A stretch of 64,000 nt of DNA from Octopus sinensis (lineage: Eukaryota), in NCBI RefSeq assembly GCF_006345805.1, contig NC_043002.1:69378001-69442000 (forward strand), written 5' to 3'. Below, one piece after another: positions 38,756 through 51,866 of this stretch. The position numbers and the translations under genes are program-made. A model generated the notes under the pieces. It had not been told where the DNA came from and ran no database searches. It saw only the letters and a program-made list of their open reading frames with translations. Position 1 is the stretch's first letter. Each line of letters begins with the position of its first letter.

Positions 38756-39199
38756 CTAGCTGTAATATAATATAAACTATTGCTGTTGAAAACAAAACAG
38801 AATAAATAATTTCGTTTCTCTAAGAACAAAGCAATTTTCTATTTTAAAAGAGGAGAATAGTATCGTAGACACTCAGTCGCCATAGTGTAATGTAGTAGAA
38901 TAGTAGTGATCGGGTTACTCTAGTAATATAGTTTAGTTGTTATGGGTCCCTCAGGCGTAAATAGTATAGTTGTTATGAGGTTGCTTCAGTCTTGTATTAT
39001 TGGTAATTATTTTATCTACTCCACAATGTTTGTTCCAGCAGAATTCGAGCTCAGAATGTTGAGAGACGAAATGAAATGCTTTAAAGCATTTAGCTCATTG
39101 CTTTAAAATGTGCACCGCTTCCTTTTCATATCTTAATATCATGAGTTTCTTTAATCTGAGCAAATGATGAATAAGTTATGACACGTGTATCAGTAGTGA

Positions 39200-39645
39200 A
39201 GCGCTGTGGATCTTTAGTTCACATGCAATGGACTTCGAAAAAAGAAATCTTACAATATCCTTTTGTACTCTAGACACAAGGCCCAAAAGTTTGGGGGAGT
39301 GGATCAGTCGATTAATCGACCCCAGTACGCGACCGGTACTTGATTTATCGATCCAGAAAGGATAATAGGTAAAGCCGACTCGGCGGAATTTGAACTCAGA
39401 ATGTAATGACAGACGAAATACCTATTTCTTTACTACCCACAAGGGGCTAAACACAGAGAGGACAAACAAGGACAGACAAATGGATTAAGCCGATTATATC
39501 GATCCCCAGTGCGTAACTGGTACTTATTTAATCTATTCCGAAGGGATGAAAGGCAAAGTGGACCTCGGTGGAATTTGAACTCAGAACGTAAAGACTGACG
39601 AAATACCACCAGGCGTGCTAACGTTTCTGCCAGTTCGCCGCCTTA
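39200..39645 (-). mobile_element. SINE family A with tandem internal unit
   Basis: Two body units joined by gacgaaatacctatttctttactacccacaaggggc; head gctaacgtttctgccagttcgccgcc at ~39640. Confidence 0.8.
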
Positions 39646-39684
39646 ATCTCCTTACAACATCGTGTAATAAAAAGCTTATGTAAC

Positions 39685-39830
39685 AGCATGAAGCATGGCT
39701 GAGTGGTAAGAAGCTTACTTCTCCGGGTTTATACCCATTGTGCCGCACTTTGGGAAATTGTCTTCTGCTAGAGTTTCTGACCAATCAAAGATTTGTGAAT
39801 GGATTTGGTAGTTGGAAACCGAAATTGCTA
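39685..39830 (+). mobile_element. SINE family B, degraded 5' part
   Basis: catggctgagtggtaagaagctt...ccgggttt..cccattgtgccgcactttgggaaattgtcttctgcta...gtgaatggatttggtag. Confidence 0.65.
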
Positions 39831-40643
39831 TCAAGGATTACCTTATTAAATGTGTTATGTGTCCTTATTTTGGTTATCATTTCTAGCATATCGAACAATT
39901 AAATAAGATCTCTTTATATATTTGGACGAAGGTGGGTGAATGTAGTGCTATGATGTTTATGCATTTTGAAAAAAAAATATAAGGGAAGAGAAGTGAGATG
40001 GTATCCATTAATGGGGCATTGAAAAGCGAATCAGGGTTCCAACTGTCCCTTTTCACTTTTTTTTTGCTCTATATGATTAATTCAACAACATTAATGTCTC
40101 CTCATAGCTGTTACTTCAGTCCATCTGTCTTCTGCCTGCGGTCAAATATCCTGTACTGAAGGAATTCTCTTAGGTTAGCTTCATCGCCGCACTTCACAAC
40201 ATAGCATAAACAACCGATTAGGGAACCTGTTTATGTGGCTGCACAACAAGATTAAAAATAGCAAATAAATCGCACAACTTAGAATCTTAAAAAAAAGGAA
40301 GGACGCGTCGAACAGTATGAGTTCTTGATGTATATATATATATATATATATAAAGTATGGAGCAGTAATAAGAAGAATAGATGACAAAGGATTATCCGTA
40401 AAATCTTCAGTAACTTTCAGCTGATTCCTGTATAAGATGTGGTGAACTCATAGTTGAGTGCCGGAGTTTCAGACACGGAGGGGAAACAGCTGTAAGCTAA
40501 TGAAATTCATAAGATAATCTCTTATTTCTTTGTCATCCATTTTTTTAGACACACACACAATTTTTCTTGGGCCCCAAGACCCATAAAGCCGGCTGCCCGG
40601 TTTCCATGGAGCATAAGTGACCAGAATCACAGATTTCATCGCG

Positions 40644-40950
40644 AACGGGCCGCCATTCCGCTGCAGGGTCCGATAGTCTCTTCCAACAGGCCGCCAATCC
40701 GCTGCAGGGTCCGATAGTCTCCTCCAACGGGCCGCCAGTCCACTGTAGGGTCCGACATTTTCCCCAACAGGCCGCTACTCCGCTGCAGGGTCCGACATTC
40801 TTCCCAAACGGGCTGTCAGTCCACTGCAGTGTTCAACATTCTACCCCAACAGGCGCTAGCCAGCATCAGAGTTTAACATTCTCCTCCAATGGTTAGCCAG
40901 TCCGCTGCAGGGTCCAACATTCTCTCCCAACGGACCACCAGTCTGCTTCC
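40644..40950. repeat. GC-rich 41-bp minisatellite, ~7.5 diverging copies
   Basis: aac(g/a)ggccgcca.tccgctgcagggtccga... at 40644, 40685, 40726 and onward. Confidence 0.88.
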
Positions 40951-40959
40951 GGGTTTAAC

Positions 40960-41160
40960 GCCAGTAATTATGGGGGAAGGGTAGAAAGTCGATTACATTG
41001 ACTCCAGTACTTGAGCAGTACTTTATTTTATTGATCCCGAAGTGATGAAAGGCAAAGTTGACATCGGTGGGATTCGAAATCAGAACGTAACGAGCCGAAA
41101 GAAATATCGCTAGCTAATCATTTTATCGACGTGCTAACAATTCTGCTGGCTTGCAGCCTT
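40960..41160 (-). mobile_element. SINE family A, degraded
   Basis: gatcccgaagtgatgaaaggcaaagttgacatcggtgggattcgaaatcagaac. Confidence 0.65.
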
Positions 41161-41230
41161 GTAGACTAGTAGACTATATCTGTGTATGTGTGTGTGCATG
41201 TGTGTGTGGAGAGAAAGAAAGAGAGAGGGG

Positions 41231-41262
<32 letters not shown>

Positions 41263-41410
41263 AAAAGAAAAGAAAAGCAAAATTCTAATTAATAAAGGTG
41301 CATCAGTTTTGCTAATTAATATAATTTCGGAAAAATGCATGAATATCACAAAACCTCATTTTGTTTAATGTTCTCTATCTATCTATCTATCTATAATATA
41401 TATTAATGTT

Positions 41411-41457
<47 letters not shown>

Positions 41458-41562
41458 TATATACATGTGTATGAATGTATATTTGTGCCAATACATCAAT
41501 ATTCATTATCGCCATAACTCCAGTCACCATAAAGACGATGTCAGTGATATTTGTGAAGTAAT

Positions 41563-41601
<39 letters not shown>

Positions 41602-42319
41602 GAAGGAGAAGTTACAACTTAAGAACGGATTATTTAAATATGAACGTTAATCATACCAACAACAACAACAACAATAACAAAAACAATATCAGCAACAACA
41701 CCAAGAACTGAAGAAAGAAAGCATAAACTATAAATACATAAATAGCAAAAATGAGTAAAAGAAAGAAAAAGATAAGCAAAATCAGCGGACTTCGAAAGCA
41801 AAATTGTATTTCAAATAAGATTTTGTGGGGAATTAAAAAATAAATACAAAAATGAAATCATAATTGTGAAATGCAATTTCTTCGAAAGAGAAATTACAAT
41901 TGTTCGTAATGCTAATATATATCTTTTTTTTTTTCAGCTAAAGAACAAACCCACACACGCTGATACACACGTACACACGCATACATAGACACACCTTTTC
42001 TCTCTCTCTCGAGCATACACACGTCTATGTACATACATTGATACCAATACAGTCACACAATACACACACACACACACATATTTTTTATGTTTTATTTGAA
42101 ATTTTAAATGTCTTTTAAATTCAAGGTTGACACATTAGCAAGCAAACATTGTTGTCAATTAGACAAGACCCAGCATTTAATTTCGGCCCAGTCAGCTGGA
42201 TAAACCGAGCAAAACCCACAATGGCGTGGCCTAATACAAAATTTGTACAAAAATCAAAATTTGACGACAAGCCTTTCTTTAACTCCACCCACTTTGGTAA
42301 AGCCTACTGAAAGTGCTTA

Positions 42320-42390
42320 TCACTGATTGGTCAATCACCAGACCGCTTCGTTGCTATTGGATAATCAGTTGTTGGAGCTATATTAAAACT
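42320..42390 (+). promoter_or_regulatory. Candidate collagen core promoter: two inverted CCAAT boxes and a TATA-like element
   Basis: ATTGG at 42326-42330 (inside near-palindrome tgattggtcaatca) and at 42356-42360; TATATTAAAA at 42379-42388; ~220 bp upstream of the signal-peptide ATG in non-repetitive sequence. Confidence 0.55.
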
Positions 42391-42607
42391 CGAACTTAGA
42401 ATTATTCACTTGGTCGCTAGCCCATGTCAGGCTATAGACGGCGTTATCGTAGATTCTAGGAATATCCAGTGTTGCATTAGACATTTTGTTTTTTTTGCAG
42501 CACGGTTGCTCCTAGTTAGCTAGGACCCGGTGCATTGTCGGGCCGTCAATTTTAATTCCTATACAAAAACTGGATCTAGGGAATTTCTACTCTATATACC
42601 ATTAACG

Positions 42608-42689
42608 ATGCATTCTATTTCTTGGTGGAGGGCATGTCTTTTGTCTGCCCTCGTTCTCGGATTGGGAACGGTGTCGTCAGGCGAAGAAG
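42608..42689 (+). CDS. Fibrillar-type collagen alpha chain, coding exon 1 (signal peptide MHSISWWRACLLSALVLGLGTVSSGEE)
   Basis: ATG at 42608 gives a hydrophobic signal-peptide-like stretch. The exon ends G|gtatgt (phase 1 donor at 42690), matching the phase-1 acceptor of the VWC exon. It lies downstream of CCAAT and TATA-like motifs. Confidence 0.8.
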
Positions 42690-42961
42690 GTATGTACAAG
42701 GTTTCCTAATTATTTATTTTTTTATTTATTTATCCCTCTATAAATCTCTAAAACACTGGCTTTTTGAAGATTTAATATATTTACATTCCGTTGTTTTTTT
42801 ACAATTTTTTCTGTTATTTTGTACATGAAAAAACAAAAACAACAAACAAAACGACAGCAAAGACAAACAAAAAGCAAAAGAAAACAAATATTTAACGCAC
42901 AGCTGTTTAATTTGACCATTACCATCATGGTCACCATCGCCATTACTACTACTACTACTAC

Positions 42962-43013
<52 letters not shown>

Positions 43014-43079
43014 GGTTGGTTTCGTAATAAGAACAAAAAATGCTTCGATAATTTATCGGTATTGTTTGTAGTGGTGGTG

Positions 43080-44320
43080 GTCATTCTTTACTGACCATCG
43101 TTGTTATGGTAGCAATTATAATGATGATGGCGATGACAAGACGATGACGACGACGATGATGTTGATGATGATGATGATAATGATGATGATGATGATGATG
43201 GTCATCATCATCAATATCATCGTCGTCGTTATCGTCCTTGTCATCGTCATCATCGTCATCATCATCATTTTTAATATTCCTAGAAAATATGGGTATTTAA
43301 AAAAAAATAATTGACTCAATTTCCACTCGCCTTAATCAATAATCAATCATTCCATCGAAGACCATAGTCATTATATATATATATATGTGTGTGTGTGTAT
43401 GTATGTATGTATGTATGTATGTACAGACGTATGTTTATCCGCGTGTATATGAATGAATGTTATGCATGCCTCCCTCCCTCTCTCTTCCTCTTTCTCTTTG
43501 CATATGTATATGTGTGTGTATGTGTGTAAGTATATATGTGTATATATTAATATGATGTCTAGAGAGCATACAGCTATCCTCATTCATATATTATCTCATT
43601 TTTCCATCTAGTTATTTTGCAGTTACAGGCGCGCCCATTCCTCACTCTTTCACCCCCCACCTCTCTGTTCGGCTTTTTCACATCGTTATCATCATCATCA
43701 TCATCATCATCATCGTTATCATTATCGTTATCATCATGGTCATCATCATCATCATCATCATCATTATCGTCGTCGTCGTCTCGTCGTCATCGTCGTGTCG
43801 TCGTGTGTCGTCATCATCGTGTCGTCGTCGTCGTCATCATTATCATCATCATTTCTAACACCATAGTCAGCACAATATACCAGTAGCAGCAGCGCCACCC
43901 CCTCCTCCTCCACAACCACCACCACCACCACCACCACCACCACCACGGCTATTGTCATGATCATCACCCACCATTACATCGCAATGTGTCACTATGACCA
44001 CCACCACCACCATCACCACTACCACCACCATCATACCCCCATAACCCGCCCTACCCACCATCACCACCATACTCATCATCACCACTATACTCCCCACACC
44101 CACCACCACCACCACTCCACCTCGCCAATCAATCATATCTATCATCATCATCATCAGCATCATTACCAAGAAACTAGGAAAATACACAACATACCATTCT
44201 CTTCCTTCATCCACCTACCTCCCACTATTTCCCCACACTCACCCTCATAATCATCATCATCATCGTCATCATCATCATCGCATTCATCACCATCATCGTC
44301 ATCATCATCATTATCATCGC
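43080..44320. repeat. Trinucleotide/tetranucleotide microsatellite-rich start of intron 1 (GAT, CAT, CAC, TATG)
   Basis: Direct reading. Confidence 0.85.
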
Positions 44321-44597
44321 CGCAAACCTAATCGGTTCTTCCATTGATGTCCCTGTAGGGTATCGCCTAGACACCGCAACCTCGTATGACTGACAAGTGT
44401 TCCCTCCAAAAAAACTTACCTCGTCAAATTTTGAGTTTCCTCTATCTTGTGCTAACGTGGCAAATACCAGTAATATACTGCGTAGGTGTATGTCATAGCT
44501 ATCATATTATTACCATTTCCTCATACGGAATTAAATATTTAAATATTGTGCAGCCATACCAATCGCATATGTAAATACTTATGAATAGAGTTGCAAT

Positions 44598-44651
<54 letters not shown>

Positions 44652-44829
44652 TATATATAAATGGAACAAAAACGCAATAGGGGGCATTATTAAACATTCG
44701 GACGACAGATAGACGACACAAAGGCGGACAAGATAAACAGCAATTAGAAGGACAGGCAAAAAAAAAGACGGGTCATTCTTGCCTTCTTTCATCAGTCAAG
44801 TGCCAGAGAGTCACTACCATTTCGGACAG

Positions 44830-44885
<56 letters not shown>

Positions 44886-45553
44886 GTGTGTGTGTGTGTG
44901 TGTTATATATATATATATATATATGTAAGACTCATGCTTGTCTGGGTCACATAGACAAGCTGTCACATTACAGTTACTTAATGAGATTCGTAACAGTTTA
45001 AATGGTTGTAGTGATTAGCAGAAAGATGTTTACCAGACGCTTAATTAAGATAAACAGTCGATGTGTTTTTTTTTGTTAAGAAAAAAATGAGGAAGTTACT
45101 TAAGCAGTGTATAAGTAATAGGAAGTTGGCAATGGAGGCTGGTGGCGGTGGTGGTTGTGGTGGTGGTAGTGATGGCGGTTGTACGCTGTTATATAGAAAT
45201 TGTATTTAGGATCACGTGACACACTCCACCACACATAAACATACAGTGTTTATAAGTGAATGTACAAACATATACATGTATATAAACGATGCTTGTAAAT
45301 AGTATACATACACATATTATGTATGTATGTATACAACGCATGTGTGCATATGTATGTATTGATGTGTTAATGAACAGGTGGACAGGTGCACAAATACAGA
45401 AAAAGTGTACTCAATACGTCATGCAGAGTGCATATTTATATGACATCAGTTAATGACTCCTCAGACCATTAAACAGACACGTGTGCAATTTTCCAGATGC
45501 TCACATATTCATTAATTGGCGAACTTGGCTGTGGGAGCAATTAGCTGCTGTAG

Positions 45554-45651
<98 letters not shown>

Positions 45652-45652
<1 letters not shown>

Positions 45653-45988
45653 GGCGTGGCTGTGTGTGGTAAGAAAATTGCTTCCCAACAACATAGTTCC
45701 GGGTTCAGTCCCACTGCGTGGCACCTTCGATAAGTGTCTTCTACTATAGCCCCTAGCCGACCAAAAGCCTTGTGAGTGGATTTGGTAGACGGAAACTGAA
45801 AGAAGCCAAGAAGCCCGTCTAATATATATATGTATATGTTTCTGTGTCTGTGTTTGCCCTCTCCCAATGTTGCAGAGTTTACGTACCCGCAACTTAGAGG
45901 TTCGATAGAATAAGTCCTGAGGATCGATTCGTTCGTCTAAAGGCGGTGCCCCAGAATGCCCGCAGTCAAATGACTGAAGCAAGTAAAA
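45652..45988 (+). mobile_element. tRNA/CORE-type SINE family B
   Basis: aggcgtggctgtgtggtaag...ccgggttcagtcccactgcgtggcaccttcgataagtgtcttctactatagcc. Confidence 0.85.
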
Positions 45989-45989
45989 A

Positions 45990-46029
45990 TATAGAATATG
46001 TATGTATATATATATGTATTATATATATG

Positions 46030-46063
<34 letters not shown>

Positions 46064-46560
46064 AATATATATATGATATATATAGATAATATATATAATA
46101 TATATACATATATTATATATAATATATATATATATATAATATATATAGATGTATAATATAGATATTATATATATATATATATATATATAAGATATATATG
46201 TATATATATTGATATATTATATATATATATATATAATATATATATGTATAGATATATAATATATATAATTATATATATATATATATATAATATATATATA
46301 TATATAATATATATATATATAATACTATATAATATATATATGTATATATATATAATATATATATATATGTATATGTATTAATATATATATATATGTATAT
46401 ACGATATAATATAAATATATGTATGAGTATGTATGTTTATATATATGTATATATAATATATATATATGTATTGTAAATAATATATATATTATATATATAT
46501 ATATGTATATACAAGTATATTCATATATATATGTATGTGTACACATGAATAAGCATATGC
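45990..46560. repeat. Degenerate (TA)n low-complexity tract (~570 bp)
   Basis: Direct reading. Confidence 0.95.
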
Positions 46561-46694
46561 ATGCATGTATGTATATCTATCTGTTTATATATATGTGTGA
46601 GTGTGTATGAGTGATGCGTGTGCATGTGAGCGCGTGCATCAAAATGTAAATATTCGTATATATATATATTCAAGTACCTTTATTATAAATATAT

Positions 46695-46912
46695 GGAAGT
46701 GGTGAGCTGGCAGAAACGTTAGCCGGGTGGAATGCTTACCAGTATTTCGTCTGCCTTTACGTTCCGAGTTCAAATTCCGCCGAGGTCGAGTTTGCCTTTC
46801 ATCCTTTTAGGGCCGATAAATTTTAGTACCAGTTGCGTACTGGGGGTTCGATCTAATCGACTGGCCCACTCCCCCCCAAATTTCGGGCCTTGTGCATAGA
46901 GTAGAAAAGAAT
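46695..46912 (+). mobile_element. SINE family A
   Basis: ggtgagctggcagaaacgttag...gagttcaaattccgccgaggtcg. Confidence 0.82.
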
Positions 46913-47364
46913 ATATGCAAGTACCTTTATTACTCATACATACATACATACGTACAGAAATTCACACACGCCGTGTGCGCGTCCGTGTGTGAGTGCGCGC
47001 GCGCGTCCATGTGTGAGTGTGCGCGTGTGCGCGCGCACGTTATGCGAGTCTGTCTGCGTATGTATGTATGTGTGTGTGCGTGTTTGTGGAAGGAAGCTTG
47101 TTACATAATCAAACTTTTACAGTCTAGCTCTATTGAAAGCTGAGTAGTGGGGTTAGTAGGGTATTTAGCTGGGTGAGGGGTTAGTACAGGAACAGAGCTG
47201 GTGACAGTGGTGAGTGAAGGGGCCGAATACGCTTGCTGAAGCGGCAGGGGTTGCGGGGTTGGGGAACTGTGCGCTGATGTCTGAATATTGCAGAGTTGCA
47301 AGAACGATAAGTAAATTGCGTAGAATTTCAATTCACACCCAAACCACCGGCATCACCACCATCT

Positions 47365-47407
<43 letters not shown>

Positions 47408-47944
47408 AACCACCATCACCATCATCACCATCGGCGTCACCAGAAACGCTATCACGCTACCTCGAAATGGGAGGAAGGAAAATGAAAAGAAGACGTAGGG
47501 AGGAGGAGATGGTGCTGAACTAGAAATTGCGTTAGTCAGCGATTTTTGTTGAAGAGAGGGGGGGTGAGAGAGGGAGTGGGGAGAGAAGGGAAAGAGGAAA
47601 TCGAGAGTGAAACACACACACGCACACACACACACTTACACAGGCATACACACATGCGCGCATACGCACGTACCCAAGGAGTTGCCATTGTGACTGCTTG
47701 TTGGAGGAAGGGGGTAGTTTTAGGGTAACTAGTTCATAAGCACAATGTTCTCAGTTCAAATCAGACTGTATCAAACCATAAAGCCATAGTAATTTTTACT
47801 TTTAAATCCCAGATTATTTAGATTTAAAACTCAGAGTATCGACAAAATTGCTAACAGTAAAAGTAAACGATTTAATCTACTGTCTAAACTCTTTACAAAT
47901 CCTCGTTGAGATTATCTGTTGAAATATTGAGATACTCACATCCT

Positions 47945-48120
47945 TTTCTTATTTCTTTATTGCCCACTAGGGGCTAAACATAGAGGGGACAAACAAGGAC
48001 AGACAAAGGGATTAAGTCGATTACATCGACTCCAGTGTGTAACTGGTACTTAATTTATCGACCCTGAAAGGATGAAATGCAAAGTCGACCTCGGCCGAAT
48101 TTGAACTCAGAACATAACGT
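47945..48120 (-). mobile_element. SINE family A internal unit
   Basis: ggggctaaacatagaggggacaaacaaggac...gtcgacctcggccgaatttgaactcagaac. Confidence 0.78.
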
Positions 48121-48699
48121 TACATCATTAATTCACTCGGGAGAGGCATGGTTATATAACCATTTTATCGCTCCATGCATCTCCTAGTGTGTGTGTGTGG
48201 TGTGTGTGTGTGTGTATGTGTGTGTGTGAAAGTGTTTGGTGTATTTCAGAGTGCAGATGGTGGATGAGCGCCAAACACTGCGCCGTCTCTGCAGGTTTTA
48301 CAGAAAACCCACATAATTTTACCATTAGCAGAAAACAAATGCGGTATCCGAGACGATAATTCCTATTAAATTCTAGATTAAATACGGTTACGTGGTAACC
48401 GACAGCAAACTCGTGACGAATATATGCACAAACTAAGGTTTTAGTCTCTTGTCATTGGGCTCAACGACTCGAGATTTATGTGGTTGGACGAGGTACAGGT
48501 AGACATGGGCGTAGGATGCCGTGGCTTTCATGCTTTCAGAAACGAAAATGAGTTGGTTACCATTCATATCACCGATTCATATTCCAGAGACATACCCATT
48601 ACTACTAGACTCCGCTACAGGTGTCTCATTGTCTGTAGAACAACTGATGATACTTCAGGGGTATTACTCAAGTTACTACAACTATTACTTATGGAATAA

Positions 48700-49220
48700 C
48701 TTGTTGGCAAGCCGGTGCGTTGAACAAAATGCTTAGCAGCATTTTTTCCAGCTGTGGTCAACTCTTTTTTTTTTTCATCCTTTCGATGTTAATAAAATAA
48801 GTACCAGTTGAACACTGGGGTCGATGTAATCGACTGACTGGCCTCCTCCCCAGAAATAGCTGGTCTAGTACCAAATTTCAGGCCTTGTTCTTATAGTAGA
48901 AATAATTATTGCACACATTAAAAATAATGTTGTATTATAGCTATCGAATTAATAACCATTCAGTTATACAAATCGAACAGTTCCTTTCTTGAGTTTCACT
49001 GATCTTAATCATTTAGAGCTCTGGCGAGCTGGCAGAGTCGTTAGCACACTGCACATAATGCTCAACGGTATTTCGCCAGTCGCTACGTTCTGAGTATCGA
49101 CTTTGCCTTTCATCCTTTTGGGATCGATAAATTAAGTACCAGTGAAACACTGGGGTCGATGTAATCGACTAGTCCCCTCCCCGAATTTCAGGCCTTGTGC
49201 CTGAAGTAGAAAGGATTATT
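48700..49220 (+). mobile_element. Two degraded SINE family A copies (~48700-48910, ~49022-49220)
   Basis: aaatgcttagcagcattt...ctggggtcgatgtaatcgac; ggcgagctggcagagtcgttagcac. Confidence 0.7.
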
Positions 49221-50761
49221 TAGTCCATTTACATAAAATATCTTTATATTTGGTGTTTGTACAGGTGTAGATATAAACGTTCCCGTCCCGTGCTATTAAA
49301 TAATATATATTTGTGCAAGGCGTCATGCATGATTACGAAGCGAGCTTCTTGATCAACGAACCGTATCTGCATTCTTACACACACACACACATAGCGTGTG
49401 TATGTTCCTTTGTGTAATGTATCTGTATTTGTCTATATATATGTACATATACATACATACATTCTATAAATATATATATATGTATATACAAACACATACT
49501 CTCATTTTATACACAGTACATAGATGTATCAAACCGCACCCTGGTCTTCACCATCATCAGCATCGCAAGCCTCATCATCATCATCGTCGTCTGTTGACAT
49601 TAACACGGTCATCGCCACCACCACCACCACCACCACCACCACCACCAGCATCAACAACAATGATATCAACAACAGCAATCTCAACATCTGTTTCTTTCCT
49701 CCCCACCCCTGCAATCTCCATTAATCTGATGGAATTTCTCAAGACATATTTGAGCGAGGGATGGAGGTGGGAGTGAAGGTGGGAAGTTGAGGAAGAGAAG
49801 ACAGATGTGGAGAGACGAAGGAACTTTGTGGTGGCGGTGGTAGTAGTGGTGGTAATAAGGTGATAGTGGTAGTGGTGGTGGTGGTGGTAGTGGCGATGAT
49901 TGTGGCGATGGTGAAGACTGGTGCAAGTAGTAATGGTGGTAGACGCATGGTCAAAGACCTTCCACCCGTGACCATCCAGTCTCTTATTCCTCTATACAGG
50001 AAAACCAGAACCACATCAATCTACGTCTCAATTTTTTTCCTAAGACAACAGTAGGGTGTAATTTGAGGGAAATTTGACTGCTATTTCTAGCAGATCGAGC
50101 CACGTTAGCTGGTTATTGTTGGTGGTATTGATAGGAGTGTTGGCGATGGTACTGATTGCGGGGGTGGTGTCAAAAGTGTTGTTGATGATGGTGATGATGA
50201 TGATAATGGTTTTTGGTCTTAATGCTTATAATAATAACGTTGATGATGGTGGCGGTGGGCAAGATAGTAACAGATGGTCATGATGGTAGTAAAAGTAGTG
50301 GTGGCGGCGGCGGCTGTGGTAGTGGTGGTGATGGCAATAAATGATGGTCGACTTTAACACACCATGATGGCGATGGAGATGAAGCTGATGGTAGTAGTTG
50401 TGATTTTGATAATGATGCTGTTTCCACTATCCGTAATAGGATTAGAGGAGGTGGCTGTAACAACAACAATAGTAATAGGGGTAGTAGTAGTAGTAGTAGT
50501 AGTGGTAGTGTCTGCGTTGGTGGCAAATTGGATGATGATGACAATGATGATGGTAATGGTAATTTTGGTGGTGGTGGTGTTTTAGCGACATCTATGGCTA
50601 AGAAACACGCACGCACGCGCGCGCACACACACACGTACTCACACATATATACATACACACTCATACATATATATGTATGATGTATGTATGCATTTATTTA
50701 TATGCCCATGTATGTGTGTGCATACATACATACATACATACATACATACATACACATACAT

Positions 50762-50831
<70 letters not shown>

Positions 50832-50966
50832 CAGTGTACATTTAAACACATAAGAGGTGGCCGTAACAGGACATCTGACCCGCTAGAAGGAGTAGTTAAA
50901 CTCCAACTATTATTAGGGGTAATTTCGAAAGGGAATGAAAAATAAAAACATTTATGGTACCCTGGA

Positions 50967-51016
<50 letters not shown>

Positions 51017-51025
51017 GCACTCATA

Positions 51026-51087
<62 letters not shown>

Positions 51088-51866
51088 CGCACATAGCGGG
51101 GTTGGAAAGTTGGAAAGTGCAGTGGATGGCAGTTTGAGCTAAAGAGAAAAACAGAAATGAAGGAAATGGAAGGAGCGGAAAAGGGAAGGAGGGGGGGGGG
51201 GCGAAAGAGACAAAAAAGTAAAAAAAAATAAAAATAAAAATAAAAATAAGCAAACCTAAGCGAGAGAGGTTGTGAGATTTCAGACTGAGAGAGCGTGCGG
51301 GAGACGGCAAAATTGTGAAAGAAAGGGAGAGAGGGAGAGACAGAGGAGGGGGGGAATGGGGCGAAGGAAAACTGAAAGGAAATGAAGTAGGAGGGGGAGG
51401 GGAGGATGGAGAGCCAGCGTGAAGGGGGAGAGAGGAGCGTAAGTAAAGAACTGCAAAATGGGTGTGACGTCATCCGGTTACAGCAAGGGTCTTCTTGAGA
51501 TTTGTTAAGATTGTGCTGACATTGCGAGAATAACATGCTGACGATGTAGAATTTTAGAAGAGGAAGAAGAAGGAGAAGAAGAAAAAAAAATGTATATCGT
51601 CAGCGTATTCTTGATATTTTATTTCCTCTTTTTTTTTTTTTTTTCAGATTTTGTTTCTGATTTTTAAAAAAATAAATTATATTATCCTCCTTTTCCCTTC
51701 GTTTATAACAACAACGACAACAACAACAACAACATCAGCCAAAATAATTATTTCTTGATGCTGGTAGGAAGACGCAAATATTTTGATAAGGAAGAATAAA
51801 AAAAAAAGAAAGAAAACACATGAGATGCTTTTGCATTCATGCCTTTCTCTTATATATTTATATATA

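Noticed and set aside
44700-44830. Minus-strand CUGAUGA and a nearby ccGAAA as another hammerhead
   Set aside because: GAAA precedes rather than follows the core and no stem II-GAAA follows CUGAUGA; at best a truncated remnant.
48478-48736. Two overlapping 71-73-aa ORFs in unique intron 1 sequence
   Set aside because: No recognisable domain, and they run into a SINE; more likely non-coding intronic DNA.
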